A DNA stretch of 64,000 nt from Pristiophorus japonicus. Taxonomy: Eukaryota. Below, piece by piece: positions 27,190-39,814 of this stretch (position 1 is its first letter; every line of letters begins with the position of its first letter). The stretch is taken from contig NC_091984.1 of NCBI RefSeq assembly GCF_044704955.1, positions 146,072,001 through 146,136,000 on the forward strand. Reading direction: 5' to 3'. The notes under the pieces were generated by a model. The model saw only the letters and a program-made list of their open reading frames with translations, had not been told where the DNA came from and searched no databases. Both the position numbers and the translations under genes were made by a program.

Positions 27190-28195
27190 TAGAGAACATC
27201 TCTACCCCCTCTGCACCTCCTCGCTTGGTGGCAACACTGTTTCAGACCCTGATGAGTTCCTGGTAAAAGACATGCAGCCACGCATGGTGCTCCTGATGCC
27301 CCCAGGCTCACAAACAGGAGCTGCGTGCCATAATTGAGGCAGTACTGCTGGCGGAAGAAATATGTCATCAGCGCACACCATCTAGGAAGGGGCTCGACGT
27401 ACAGGTATCTCTGCAGGATCTGAAGACGGAAAGTCGCATGCTGGGTACTGACGCACACCAACGCCTGACCGCCCTCCCTAAGTAGGAGACTCAGAACCAC
27501 AGCAGAGACCCAGTGCTTCCTGTTATCCAGAAGAAGTCCACCAGCTTCTTCTGTATCTTGGCGACAAAAGCAGGGCCGGGGGGGGGGGGGCAAAGTGACC
27601 AGCCAGTACCACAGCATAGCGGCCACTAGCTGGTTTATGACTAGCGCTCGACCCCTGTAGGACAGCACTTGGAACAGTCCTGTCCAGCGCCCTCGGCGAG
27701 CGGCAACTTTGTCCTCCAGCTCCTGCCAGTTCACCGGCCAGGCTTAGAGGAGATGGGTCATGCTCCAGGCAAAAGACCTGAACTCCTCTGGCAGGGAGTT
27801 CATCTGCCAGTGACCGACCAGGAGTCCGGAACATTTCTCCCAATTGATCCTGGCGGAGGATGCGGCCGAGTAAATCTCCTGGCACTCATGCATCCTCAGT
27901 AGGTCAATGGAATCCTTGACCATGAGGAGCACATCATCAGTGTAAGCCGAGAGGACAACCTCCATGCCCGGCCATTACAGAGCCAGTCCCGTCAACCTCT
28001 TCCGCAAGAGGCGCAGGAAAGGCTCCACGCAGATGGCATATAACTGGCCAGGCATTGGGCATCCCTGGCACACCCCTTTCCCAAAGCAAAGGGACGCCGT
28101 CAAAGACCCGTTAACCGTAATCAGACAATCCATGGCGACGTGCAAAAGTCAGATCCGGGCGACGAAATGTGTCCCAAACCCGAAAGCATGCAGAG
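27190..28195 (-). mobile_element. L1/Tx1-clade LINE ORF2 fragment
   Basis: LSAYTDDVLL, SSARINWEKC, LSYRGRALVINQLVAAMLWY and LREGGQAL motifs. Confidence 0.88.
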
Positions 28196-29320
28196 CCTCT
28201 CTGGCTACAGGTGTGGTGCCGGAGGACTGGAGGACTGCTAATGTTGTACCTTTGTTTAAAAAGGGAGAAAGGGATAGACCGAGTAATTACAGGCCAGTCA
28301 GCCTAACCTCAGTGGTGGGGAAATTATTGGAAAAAATCCTGAGGGACAGGATAAATCTTCATTTAACAAGACACGGATTAATCAAGGACAGTCAGCATGG
28401 ATTTGTTAAGGGAAGATCGTGTCTGAATAAAATGAATTTTTTGAGGAGGTAACCAGGAGGATTGATGAGGGCAGTGCATATGATGTAGTGTGTATGGATT
28501 TTAACAAGGCTTTTGATAAGGTCCCACATGGAAGACTGCTCATGAAAGTAAAAGCCCATGGGTTTCAGGGCAAAGTGGCAAGTTGGATCCAAAATTGGTT
28601 CAAAGGCAGGAAGCAAAGGGTAATAGTTAACGGGTGTTTTTGTGACTGGAAGGCTGTTTCCAGTGGGGTTCCGCAGGGCTCAGTACTAGGTCCCTTGCTT
28701 TTTGTGGTATATATCAATGACTTGGACTTGAATGTAAGGGGCATGATCAAGAATTTTGCAATTGAAACTAAAATTGGCCGTGTGGTTGATAATGAAGAAG
28801 AAAGCTGTAGACTGCAGGAAGATATCAATGAAATGGTCAGGTGGGCAGAACAGTGGCAAATGGAATTCAATCCGGAGTAGTGTGAGGTAATGCATTTGGG
28901 GAGGGCTAACAAGGCAAGGGAATACACATTAACTGGTACGACACTGAAAAGTGCAGAGAAACAAAGGGACCTTGGAGTACAGGTCCACAGATTCCTGATG
29001 GTAGCAGGTCAGGAAGGTAAGATGGTTAAGAAGGCATGTGGAATATTTGCCTTTATTAGACGAGGCATGAATACAAGAGCAAGGACATTATGCTTGAACT
29101 GTATAAAACACTGGTTAGGCCACAGCAGGAGTACTGCGTGCAGTTCTGGTCACCACATTACATTACAAGAAAGATGTGATTGCACTGGAAAGGGTGCAGA
29201 GGATGCAGAGGTTACAGGGCTACGGACAGAGAGCTGGAAAGTGGGATGAGGCTGGATAGCTCTTGGTTGGCTGGCAGAGGCCGAAACGGATTCCCTCCGT
29301 GCTGTGAATTTCTATGATTC
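28195..29320 (+). mobile_element. CR1 LINE RT fragment
   Basis: DWRTANVVPLFKKG, MDFNKAFDKVPH and [11 protein letters not shown] motifs. Confidence 0.88.
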
Positions 29321-30839
29321 TATCATGGACAGATGCATCTACAACAGGCAGATTGTTGAGGACGAGGTCAAGTAGGTTTTTCCCTCGTGTTGGTTCTCTC
29401 CCCACCTGCTCTGGGCCCAGTCTGGCAGATATGTCATAGAATCATAGAATCACAGGGGTTTACAGCACAGAAGGAGGCCGTTTCAGACCATCATATCCGC
29501 GCCACCCAACAAAGAGCTATCCAGCCTAATCCCTCTTTCCAGCTCTGGGTCCATAGCCCTGCAGGTTACGGAACTTCAAGTGAACATCCAAGTACTTTTT
29601 AAATGTGGTGAGGGTTTCTGCCTCTACTAATGAAGGACCTAATATTCCAGGTCCTGACCTACATCCTGAAGGGTGGAGGATGCTTGTGCGTGGATTTTTT
29701 TTAACATGTGGTGACCGTTGCACACCAGCCTTCACACGGGCTCGACAGAGCTAGGTCTTGGTCCAGTGGCAAGGGTTAACCAAGACGACTGGAGACCTGC
29801 TCTGCTGTACGGACCGAGTGTGCACACATATCGCAGTGTGGGCTGGCCCGTGCTACCCCTGGGCCCCTGGCCACACCCCCACGACCCTCTGGGTGAAGAA
29901 ATTTCCCCTCAAGTCTCCTCTAATCACTTTAAATCTATGCCCCCTGATTGTTGAGCTGGAGGAGGAAATTCAGAAACTCCAACCCTGAGTTCAAAGCACA
30001 GACCATTGCTTCCTTGAGTATGAATTGAAGCATAATTAAAGTTACATGCTCTGTTGAAGATTTTGTACATGGGAATAAAACTTATTTTATTGTAGGAGAG
30101 AGCAATTTCAGGTAATATTTTTGTGTCTGGCTAACAGAAATAGGTCCATCCTACCAACTCTTTCCAGGCCTCTCATAATTTTATACACCTCAATCAGGTC
30201 TCCCATCAGCCTCCTCTGTCCAAAGAAAACAAACCCAGCCTATCCCATCGTTCCTCATAGTTAAAATTCTCCAGTCCAGGCAACATCCTCATATATCCTC
30301 TGTACCCTCGGTTTAAAGTCTCGTCCGAAGAAATCGTACTGTTAATTAAACACTGAAGGCAAGAACTTTGAAGTGGTGGGAATACTCAATGTATCAAGAC
30401 AGGAACATTGTCAACATTGATTGTGACATCATGCACTCACAACCTCCCCATAGTATGCACAATGTGAGCACCAGACCCGAGGACAGAACCCAAGGAGATG
30501 TGCCCAGCACCAATCCAGGACAATGATCAATGTAAAGCCAAAGCTGAATGTTATCAGGGCTGCTTTGCCGATGATTGCCCTGTGATCACGGGCACCAGCA
30601 GCACACACACCTCTTGTGGGTACAGTCATATCGTGGTATGTTGCTGCAGAGCACTCCACAGGCCTGCACTAATAATCCCCACAATCTCACCATGGCCCTT
30701 TGACTATTTCAATTCAGCTCTTTTTTAAATGCTGGAAATAAAAAGCTGGTCTCAGTAAAAGTGACCACAAAGCTGTCAAATTGTCAGAAAAGCCCAATTG
30801 GTTCAGTGACATACTTTAGGGAAGGAAACCTGCCGTCCT

Positions 30840-31880
30840 TGCCACATAAAAGGTTACTGCCCAAGATAAGAGCTCACGGGGTTGTGGGTAATATATTAGC
30901 ATGGATAGAGGATTGGCTAACTAACAGCAAACAGAGAGTCGGGATCAATGGGTCATTTTCAGGTCGGCAAATTGTAATTAGTGGGGTGCCGCAGGGATCA
31001 GTGCTGGGGCCTCAACTATTTACAACCGAAATTAATGACTTGAATGAAGGGACCGAGTGTAATGTAACCAAATTTGCTGATGTACAAAGATAGGTGAGAA
31101 AGCAAGTTGTGAGAAAGACACAAAGATTCTGCAAATGGATATAGACAGGCTGAGTGAGTGGACAAAGATATGGCAGATGGAGTATAATGTTGGAAAATGT
31201 AAAGTTATCCACTTTGGTAGGAAAAATAAAAATTATTATTTAAATGGGGAGAGATTACAAAATGCTGTGGTACAGTTCATTGATATCTTCCTGCAGTCTA
31301 CAGCTTTCTTCTTCATTATCAACCATAGCCGAGTTTAGTATCATCTGCAAACTTAGTATCATCTGTAATCATACTCTCTACATTCAAGTCTAAATCATTG
31401 ATATATACCACAAAAAGCCAGGGACCCAGCACTGATCCCTGCCGAGCCCCACTGGAAACAGCCTGCCAGTCACAAAAACACCCATCAACCATTACCCTCT
31501 GCTTCCTGCCTCTGAGCCAATTTTGGATCCAACTTGTCACTTTGTCCTGGATCCCTGGGCTTTTACTTTTGTGACCAGTCTGCTGTGTGGGACCTTCTCA
31601 AAAGCCTTGTTAAAATCCAAATACACTGCATCATATGCACTGCCCTCATCGACCCTCCTGGTTATCTCCTCAAAAAATTCAATCAAGTCATTCAGACACG
31701 ACCTTCCCTTAACAAATCCATGCTGACTGTCCTTGATTAATCCGTGTTTTGTTAAATGAAGATTCCTCCTATCCCACCCCCGAGGTTAGGCTGACTGACC
31801 TGTAGTGACTCGATCTATCCCTTTCTCCCTTTTTAAACAAAGGTACCACGTTTGCAGTCCTCCAGTCCTCCGGTACCTGG
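30840..31880. mobile_element. Two CR1 fragments in opposite orientation (+ 30840-31275, - 31275-31880)
   Basis: RT motifs on each strand. Confidence 0.8.
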
Positions 31881-32214
31881 GATTGCAATGTCAGCATCGC
31901 CCCTCTCGGCCAGCTCGGTCAGTAGTGGTGCTACCGAGACACTCTTGGTGATGGACAGTGAAGTCCCCCACCCAGAGTACATTCTGTGCCCTTGCTACTC
32001 TCAGTGCTTCTTCCAAGTGGTGTTCAACATGGAGGAGTACTGATTCATCAGCTGAGGGTGGGCGGGAGGTGGTAATCAGCAGGAGGTTTCATTGCCCGTG
32101 TTTGACCTGATGCCATGAGACTTCATGGGGTCCGGAGTCAATGTTGAGGACTCCCAGGGCCACTCCCTCCCGACTGTATACCACTGAGCTGCCACCTCGG
32201 GTGATGGAGGAGTC

Positions 32215-32670
32215 TGGGACATTGGCTGAAAGGTATGATTCTGTGAGTAGGACTTTGTCAGGCTGGTGCTTGACTAGTCTGTGGGGCAGCTGTCCCACTT
32301 TTGACACAAGTCCCCAGATGTTGGTGAGGAGGACGTTGCAAGGTCAGCACTGAGCCTGGGTCCACTGTCCTAGGCGGTCCTAGCTGCTGTTATTCTGCCT
32401 GATTGGACGGTTATTATTAGAGACTCAGACCACAGCAGAAATCCCCCGTGCAAAAAATAACTGAAGAGACTGTCAGATCGGAAGAATGAAACTTCACCCA
32501 CAGAGGAAGTGAAAGAGGGAGGTTGTCACAGCTGTACGTCTGTTAATGACACGGGAGAAAACTGTGAACCGCGCTCACAGCCGAGAATCTTACAGCACAG
32601 AAGGAGGCCATTCGGCCCATCGTGCCTGTGCCGGCTCTTTGAAAGAATTACCCAATTAGTCCCACCCCGC
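32215..32670. repeat. Inner inverted duplication, right copy; carries PU.1/IRF, E-box and RUNX motifs
   Basis: Reverse complement of 22060-22520; GGAAGTGAAA at 32505-32514, CAGCTG at 32529-32534, ACCACA at 32429-32434. Confidence 0.85.
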
Positions 32671-33204
32671 CTCTATTTCCCCGTAATCCAGCAAATTGTT
32701 CCTTTTCAAGTATATATCCAATTCCCTCTTGCAGACCTGGGCCCACAGCATTAGACTGCCCCTAACCTGGGCACCACATTGGCATCTCATTCATTCACTG
32801 GGTCAGGACATGCCTGGTGTGGGAAATGGAGTCCAGGGCTCTGAACATTCCCTCTCCTCTCCTGAGGAAGGCTTCATGCTGGGGTCCAGTTCCATGGGCC
32901 CCGACAGCACATTCCGACCTTACCTACTTCCTCATTCCACGTGTGTAAGCCTGGACCCTATCACCAGGATATCTGACTGCAGGAGGCCTCACCACTGTGT
33001 CCAGCACTGTCCTCACCCGAAATCCACACACAGTCTGCATTGATCTGGGGCCTTTAATGTGCCAAAGGTCACAAGACACTTCACATCGCTGCTGTAAGAA
33101 CGTGGGGAGCGGGGGTTCGGGGGGCTTTAGGAAGGGTGATTGAAGGCCTGGGTGAAAGAATGGCGTTAGATGGAGGAGAGAGAGCTGGAGAGGAGGAGGG
33201 ATTA

Positions 33205-35660
33205 GAAAATAAGAAATAGCAGGAGTAGGCCTGCGGCCCCTCGAGCCTGCTCCGCCTTTTAATATGATCATGGCTGATCCGATCATGGACTCAGGTCCAC
33301 TTCCCTGCTTGCTCTCCATAACTCCTTATTCCCTTATCGGTTAAGAAACTGTCTATTTCTGTCTTAAATTTATTCAATGACCCATCTTCCACAACTCTCT
33401 GAGGCAGCGAATTCCACAGATTTACAACCCTCAGAGAAGAAATTCCTCCACATTTCAGTTTTAAATGGGCGGCCCCTTATTCTAAGATTATGCCTCCTAG
33501 TTCTTGTCTCCCCTATCAGTGGAAACAGCCTCTGCATCCACCTTGTCAAGCACCCTCATAATCTTACATGTTTCGATAAGATCACCTTTCATTCTTCTGA
33601 TTTCCATTCAGTGTAGGCCCAACCTACTCAACCTTTCCTCATAAGTCATTGCCCTCATCTACGGAATCAACCTAGTGAACCTTCTCTGAATGCCTCCAAA
33701 GCAAGTGTATCCTTTCTTAAATATGGAAACCAAAACTGCACGCAGTATTCCAGTTGTGGCTTCACCAATACCCGGTATAACTGTAGCAAACACTTCCTTG
33801 CATTTATACTCTATCCCCTTTGCAATAAAGGCCAAGATTGCATTGGCCTTCCTGATCACTTGCTGAACCTGCGTAATAACCTTTTGTGTTTCATGCACCA
33901 GGACCCCCAGTTCCCGCTGCACTGCAACACTTTGTTATTTTTCTCCATTTAAATAATAACTTGCTCTTTGATTTTTTTTCTGACAAAGTGTATAACCTCA
34001 CACTTTCCAACATTATATTCCATCTCCCAAATTTTTGCCCATTCACTTAGCCTGTCTATGTCCTTTTGCAGGTTATTTGTTTCCTCCTCATACCTTGTGT
34101 TTACTCCTTTCTTTATATTGTCAGCAAACTTGGCTACATTACACTCGGTCCCTTCTTCCAAGTCGTTGATATAGAGATTGTAAATAATTGGGGTCCCAGC
34201 ACTGATTCCTGCAGCATCCCACTAGTGACTGATTGCCAACCCGAGAATGAACCATTTATCACGACTCTGTTTTCTGTTAGTTAGCCAATCCTCTATCCAT
34301 GTTTATATATTACCACCAACTCCGTGAACTTTTATCCTGTGCCTTTAATGTGGCACCTTATTGAATGCCTTCTGGAAATCCAAATACACCACATCCACTG
34401 GTTCCCCTTTATCCACCCTGCTCATTACATCCTCAAAGAATTCCAGCAAATTTGTCAAACATGACTTCCCCTTCATAAATCCATTCTGTCTCTGCCTGAC
34501 TGAATTATGATTTTCCAAATGTCCTGCGACTATTTCTTTAATATTTTCCCAACTGTTCTATAGTTTCCTGTTTTTTGTCTGCATCCTTTTTTTAATATGG
34601 GCATTACATTTGCATTTTTCCAATCTGCTGGGATCTCCCCAGAATCCAGGGAATTTCGGTAAATTACAACCAATGCATCCACTATCCCTGTCGTTACTTC
34701 TCTTAAGACCCCAGGATGTAAGCCATCAGGTCCAGTGGATTTATCCGCCTTTAGTCCCATTATCTTACTGAGAACCACCTCCTTAGTGATTGTGATTGTG
34801 TGAAGTTCCTCTCCTCCCCCCCCCCCCCCCGCATAGACCCCTGACTATGCACTGTTGGGATATTTTTAGTGTCCTCTACTGTAAAGATTGCTACAAAATA
34901 TTTGCTCAGTGTTTCTGCCATCTCCATGTTCCCCATGTCTAATTCCCCGGTCTCGTCCTCTAAGGGACCAACATTTATTTTATCCGCTCTTTTCCTTTTT
35001 ATATACCTGTAGAAACTCTTGCTATCTGTTTTTATATTTTGTGCTAGTTTACTTTCATCTTCCATTTCTTAATCATTTTTTTAGTCATTCTTTGCTGGAT
35101 TTTAAAAGCTTCCCAGTCTTCTGTCCTCCCACTAATTTTGGCCCTTGTATGCCCTTGTTTTTAAATTGGATACCGTCTTTTATTTCTTTAGTTAGCCACG
35201 GATGGCTATCTTTTCTTTTACATCCTTTCCTCCTCACTGGAATATATTTTTCTTGAGAGTGATTAAATATCTCCTCAAATGTACGTCACTGTTCATTAAC
35301 CGTCCTACATTTTAATCTATTTTCCCAGTCCACTTTAACCAACTCTGCCCTCATACTTTTGTAGTCTCCTTTATTTAATCTTAGTATACTAGTTTGAGAT
35401 TCAACTTTCTCGCCCTCGATCTAAATTTGAAATTCAACCATGATATGGTCACTCATTCCAAGGGGATCGTTTACTGGGAGATTGTTTATTAATCCTGTCT
35501 CATTGCACAAGACCAGATCTAAGATAGCCTGCCCCCGGTTAGTTTCTTTACATACTGTACAAGGAACCCGTCCCTTATGCACTCTATCAACTCTTCTTCA
35601 AGGCTACCCTGACCAATTTGATTTGTCAAATCAATGTGCAGGTTAAAATCACCCACTACA
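33205..35660 (-). mobile_element. CR1 LINE ORF2, decayed
   Basis: Minus-strand ORFs contain GDFNLH, KSTGPDGLHP and KFADN, with a CR1 3' end. Confidence 0.88.
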
Positions 35661-35799
35661 ATCATACCATGAGAACTTCCAGCGCGAGCAGCTCCAAGTG
35701 AGCGATGGCTTCGAGGTGGGTGATTGGGTGATGTCATCAGGACCCAGGTCGGCATTTGGAGCGTGGGCAGGAACATCGGCGGACCCAGGTAAAGCAGAG

Positions 35800-36120
35800 G
35801 AGTGGGAAGGTCGCGGGGAGGTGTGGTGAGTGATCGAGGTGGAGGAGCGATGAGGGATTGTGGCTGAGATTCGGTTGGTGATCGTGGCGGAAGTCCGGCA
35901 AATGTTTGGTGCGGAGGTGCGGCGGGAGATCGTGGTGGAGGTCAGGCGACTGTTTGGCGCAGAGGTGCGGCGAGAGATCATGGCGGAGGTGCGGCGAATG
36001 TTGGTGGCGGAGGAGCGGTGAGGGATCGTGGTGGAGGTGCGGCAAATGAGGGATCGCGGCCCAAAAGAGCCGAGGGCCCAGGGGCAGCACGGGCCAGCCC
36101 ACACTGCAATATGTAAGCGC
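35800..36120 (+). repeat. ~30-bp GC-rich tandem repeat within an interspersed element (related inverted copy at ~29680-29870)
   Basis: GCGGAGGTGCGGCGAGAGATCGTGGT-like units followed by GGGCCCAGGGGCAGCACGGGCCAGCCCACACTGC. Confidence 0.7.
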
Positions 36121-36309
36121 ACTGGGTCAGTGAGGTCAGTGAGGTCAGGGGCAGTAGGTCAGTGAGGTCAGGGGCAGTAGGTCAGTGAGGTCAGGGTTCA
36201 TATTGGAGTGAGGCAGGGTACGGACACTGCATTTTGGAAAGTTGGGGTTTATGGAGAGCGGATGAAGGAAGCCAGGAGGGGACAACGAAATAATCGAGTT
36301 TAGAGATGA

Positions 36310-36497
36310 GACTGCACACAGGGAGGTTAAAGTAATAGTGACCTCAGTCTTTATCAAGACACTCCAGAGTGAGGAACAGGCCTTAGGGGCTGGCTTATAT
36401 ACAGTGCTCCCAAGGGATGCTGGGATCCCTTGGGACTTCAGGGGATGTACTCCCTGGTGGCAGAACATGGGAGTGCATGCTTTACAGATACACAACA
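36310..36497 (-). mobile_element. LTR fragment (Gypsy-like)
   Basis: The minus strand begins TGTTGTGTATC, has a TATA-like element, and resembles the solo LTR at 62812-62990. Confidence 0.6.
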
Positions 36498-37244
36498 GAG
36501 CCAAGCAGAGCCATGGGTTTCTTCCATCAAGGGGCTGATGTAGGGCGGAGATGGGCAACGTTGGAGATGGAAATAAGAGGATGTGGCGTTCGAAGCTCAG
36601 TCTTTGGAGAACCAATAGGAAGGAGCCATGTTTCCTGGTCTCTAGTGGAGGAGCGGCACCCTTCAGTGAGAAAACCAAGGCCTGTCTGAGGGCAGGTATT
36701 GTGACGGTCAGAGGTCCATTTTGTGGAAGGAGGAAAGGTCAGAGAGACCACAGACATTGTGCTCACCATGGACTCCGCCGCTGAGTGGGGTCAGCGGCCG
36801 GAAGGAGGCCCGAGCGTCGCCGGGGGCGAGGGAGGCACGAGTGTCACCGGGGGGGGGGGGGCGGGGGGGGGGGGAGGGAGGCCCGAGCATCGCTGGGGGG
36901 GGGGGGGCGGGGGGAGGGAGGGAGGGAGGCACGAGCATCGCCGGGGGGGGGAGGGGGGGAGGGAGGCCCGTACGTTAGGGTGAGGAGTGAAGGTCGGGCC
37001 CAAACCTGTGGATGGGGCGGGTCGGAGGCTCACAGCCGTTGAGTTCGCCGGGATAGGTTGGAGCAGCTGAGTCGGCCAATGGGGAGTGAGCAGCGAGGGT
37101 CCAGCTGGAGGGACATGGCAGCAGGCAGGTCGACCTGGAAGGTAGGCCGAGGATGGGCGATGGGTAGTGGGACCTTGCGTACGGGATTTTAGGGATTTTG
37201 GGGTAGATAAAATACTTACACCGCAGTCAATCCACCTACGGCCC

Positions 37245-38090
37245 AAGCACCCAAGGCCCCACCCCACTGCTGGCCAAGAACAAGGAGACACTGAGGCAGT
37301 CACAACCTGCTGGAAGGAACACTTTGAAGATCTCCTTAATCGAGAATCTGCCTTAGATCTGAGTGTCCTCGACTCCATCCCGCAGCATGCTACCCATCAC
37401 CTTCTCAGTAAAACCCCAGCCCTGCACGAGGTTGAAAAGGCCATCTGTCAGCTCAAGAACAACAAGGCATCGGGGACAGATGGAATCCCCGCTGAGGCAT
37501 TAATTTATGGCAGAGCGTCACTATTGACATGAATGCATGACCTCATCTCTCTCATCAGGAGGGCGGAGAGCATGCCGGGAGATCGCAGAGATGCAGTAAT
37601 CGTGATCCATCTTTAAAAAAGGGGACAAGTTCGACTGCGGCAACAGCAGAGGAATCTCCCTGTTATCAGCCATTGGGAAAGTCATCGCTAGAATCCTCCT
37701 CAACCGTCTTCTCCCTGTGGCTGAGGAGCTCCTGCCGGAGTCACAATGCGGATTCCGTCCACTACGGGGTACAACGGACATGATATTTACGGCGCGACAA
37801 CTGCAAGAGAAAAGCAGGGAACAGCACCAACCCTTGTCCATGGCCGCCTTTGACCTTACAATGGCCTTTGACACTGTTAACCGCGAGGGTCTGTGGACCA
37901 TCCTCCTCCATTTCGGCTGCCCCCAAAAGTTTGTCCCCATTCTCAGCCTGCACCACGACGACATGCAAGCCATGGTCCCAACCAACGGTCCATCATAGAC
38001 GCAATCCACATTCAGACTGGAGTCAAGCAGGGCTGCATCAACGCACAAACCCTATTCTCGATCTTCCTGACGACAATGCTCCACCTCACA
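37245..38090 (+). mobile_element. RTE-clade LINE RT fragment
   Basis: WKEHFEDLLN, KASGTDGIPAE, LPESQCGFRP..TTDMIF and TGVKQGC motifs. Confidence 0.88.
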
Positions 38091-38470
38091 CTATTGGAGA
38101 ACCAATAGGAAGGAGCCATGTTTCCAGGTCCCTATTGAAGGACCAATAGGAAAGAGCCATGTTTCTTGGTCCCTATTTGGGGATCAACAGGAAGGGGCCA
38201 TGTTTCCTGGTTCGTATTGGGGGACCAATAGGAAGGTATCATGTTTCACGCGACCTATTCGAGGACCAATAGGAAGGAGCCATGTTTCCTGGGCCCTATT
38301 CGAGGACCAATAGGAAGGAACCATGGTTCCTGGTCCCTATTGGGGGACCAATAGGAAGGATCGATGTTTCCTGGTCCCTATTGGGGGATCAAAAGGAAGG
38401 AGCCATGTTTCCTGGCCCCTATTGGAGGACCTATAGGAAGGGGCTATGTTTTGTGGCCCTATTGGAGAAG
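38091..38470. repeat. ~40-bp palindromic minisatellite upstream of the V promoter
   Basis: About 9 copies of GAGGACCAATAGGAAGGAGCCATGTTTCCTGGTCCCTATT; a lone copy lies at ~36604-36640. Confidence 0.9.
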
Positions 38471-39010
38471 CAGTGGGATGTGGAGTGTGCATCCTTCCTG
38501 TTGTAAATGTTGGATCATTGGCACCTGATCCCAGCAAAAACCTCTGACCTGGAGTGGGCCCATGGAAGGGGAAAGGATTCGTAGGTGTTCTGAGTGGACA
38601 GGATGGGGCAGTGGGTCAGACCCTGTCCTGTCACTCCAGCTCACACTGATGGGGTGAGGATCTCCTCCCTCTGCTGGGCCTTCATGAAATCAGCTTTCTG
38701 TCCAAACTGGTCCCCACTGAGAAAAGGCCCTTAATTGGGCAATAAACAGCCAGTGTACTGAGCGAGGCCAAGGGATGGCCACTGTGGGGAATGGGGCCTT
38801 ACTCCAGGAGAATGCATTTTCTGGGGTCAACGGTTAACATCCATTGATGGGGCAGGGCACAGGGAGGTTTACTCTGCATTTCAGTGTGCTGCACCGGGGA
38901 GTCTGTGGGGAAGGGAGAGTGACACAGAGAGTGAAACGGGGAGAGAGAGGCTATGAATCAGAGACAGAGAGGTGTAGAGGAAAGCTGTGAGACATAGGGC
39001 AATGAAGGCT

Positions 39011-39048
<38 letters not shown>

Positions 39049-39091
39049 GGGAGAGGGAGTGGAACCGGGAAGGAGATGGAGGGAGAGCAGA

Positions 39092-39189
39092 AGAGGAAGT
39101 GAAATGTGCTGACGTGGCTTTCTCTGTGTGAAGACATTTACATACTGAGTGATGGGCAGTGAGACTCTCACAGGCTGCAGGTTTATAAA
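39092..39189 (+). promoter_or_regulatory. V-gene promoter: PU.1/IRF composite site, CRE-like site, variant octamer and TATA box
   Basis: AGAGGAAGTGAAA at 39092-39104, TGACGT at 39110-39115, ATTTACAT at 39136-39143, and TATAAA at 39184-39189, about 60 bp before the ATG. Confidence 0.7.
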
Positions 39190-39248
39190 GCAGGGCCCAG
39201 TGAAGGGCAGTTTATCAGTAAGCAGGCACAGGGACAGGAGCAGACACC

Positions 39249-39297
39249 ATGATTTCACCCATCCAGCTGATCTGGCCTCTGGCATTCTGCATCGCAG
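39249..39297 (+). CDS. IGKV: Ig light-chain leader exon
   Basis: CACCATG start, hydrophobic peptide MISPIQLIWPLAFCIA-G, phase-1 GT donor at 39298; splices in frame to 39485. Confidence 0.93.
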
Positions 39298-39484
39298 GTA
39301 CCAATCTCTCTCCTTCCACGTTTAATATCTCCCTGCTGTCGATTTCTGTCCAACTCTACTGACCAGTGATTGAAGGGCAAATGCTGACACTAGAGGAGAG
39401 CTCAGTGTCTCGAGCAATCTCTCATTTTACAGCGTCTTTCTGTGACAGTGCTTACTTCACTTTCTTTCCCCATTTCCCCCTCAG

Positions 39485-39786
39485 GTATCAGTGGGGACAT
39501 CATCATGACCCAGTCTCCCCCGGTGCTGTCAGTGAGTGAGGGACAGACTGCAACCATCACTTGTACCGCCAGTGCATCCGTTAGCAGCAGTTATGTTGCT
39601 TGGTACCAGCAGAAAGCCGGGCAGAAACCCACTCTGCTGATCTATAATGCAGTATCTCGTTTCACTGGAACCTCCAATCGCTTCACCGGCAGTTACCAGT
39701 CCAACACGTTCACCCTGAGCATCAGCAACGTGCAGAGCGAGGATGTCGCAGACTATTACTGTCAGTATGGGTATAGCTCCGCTGGA
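39485..39786 (+). CDS. IGKV: Ig light-chain kappa-type V segment (germline, unrearranged)
   Basis: CAG acceptor; [26 protein letters not shown]...[15 protein letters not shown]...[16 protein letters not shown] with canonical Cys, Trp and YYC; resembles shark NS4/type III kappa chains; 12-spacer RSS as in kappa loci. Confidence 0.96.
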
Positions 39787-39814
39787 CACTGTGATACACA
39801 GCCGTACAAAAACC
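39787..39814 (+). other. V recombination signal sequence (12-RSS)
   Basis: CACTGTG + 12 nt (ATACACAGCCGT) + perfect nonamer ACAAAAACC. Confidence 0.96.

Noticed and set aside
27190-27870. Tx1 fragments at 27.2-28.2 kb and 46.2-47.9 kb as a fourth inverted arm
   Set aside because: Same family but different boundaries and flanks; independent insertions explain them equally well.
30498-30728. Cys-rich 76-aa ORF (possible WAP- or defensin-like peptide)
   Set aside because: No signal peptide, no convincing splice sites and no recognisable Cys spacing; probably a chance ORF.
36790-36970. G-rich tract as a switch-like or G4 regulatory region
   Set aside because: Short, repeat-associated and homopolymer-rich (error-prone in sequencing); not positioned like a switch region.
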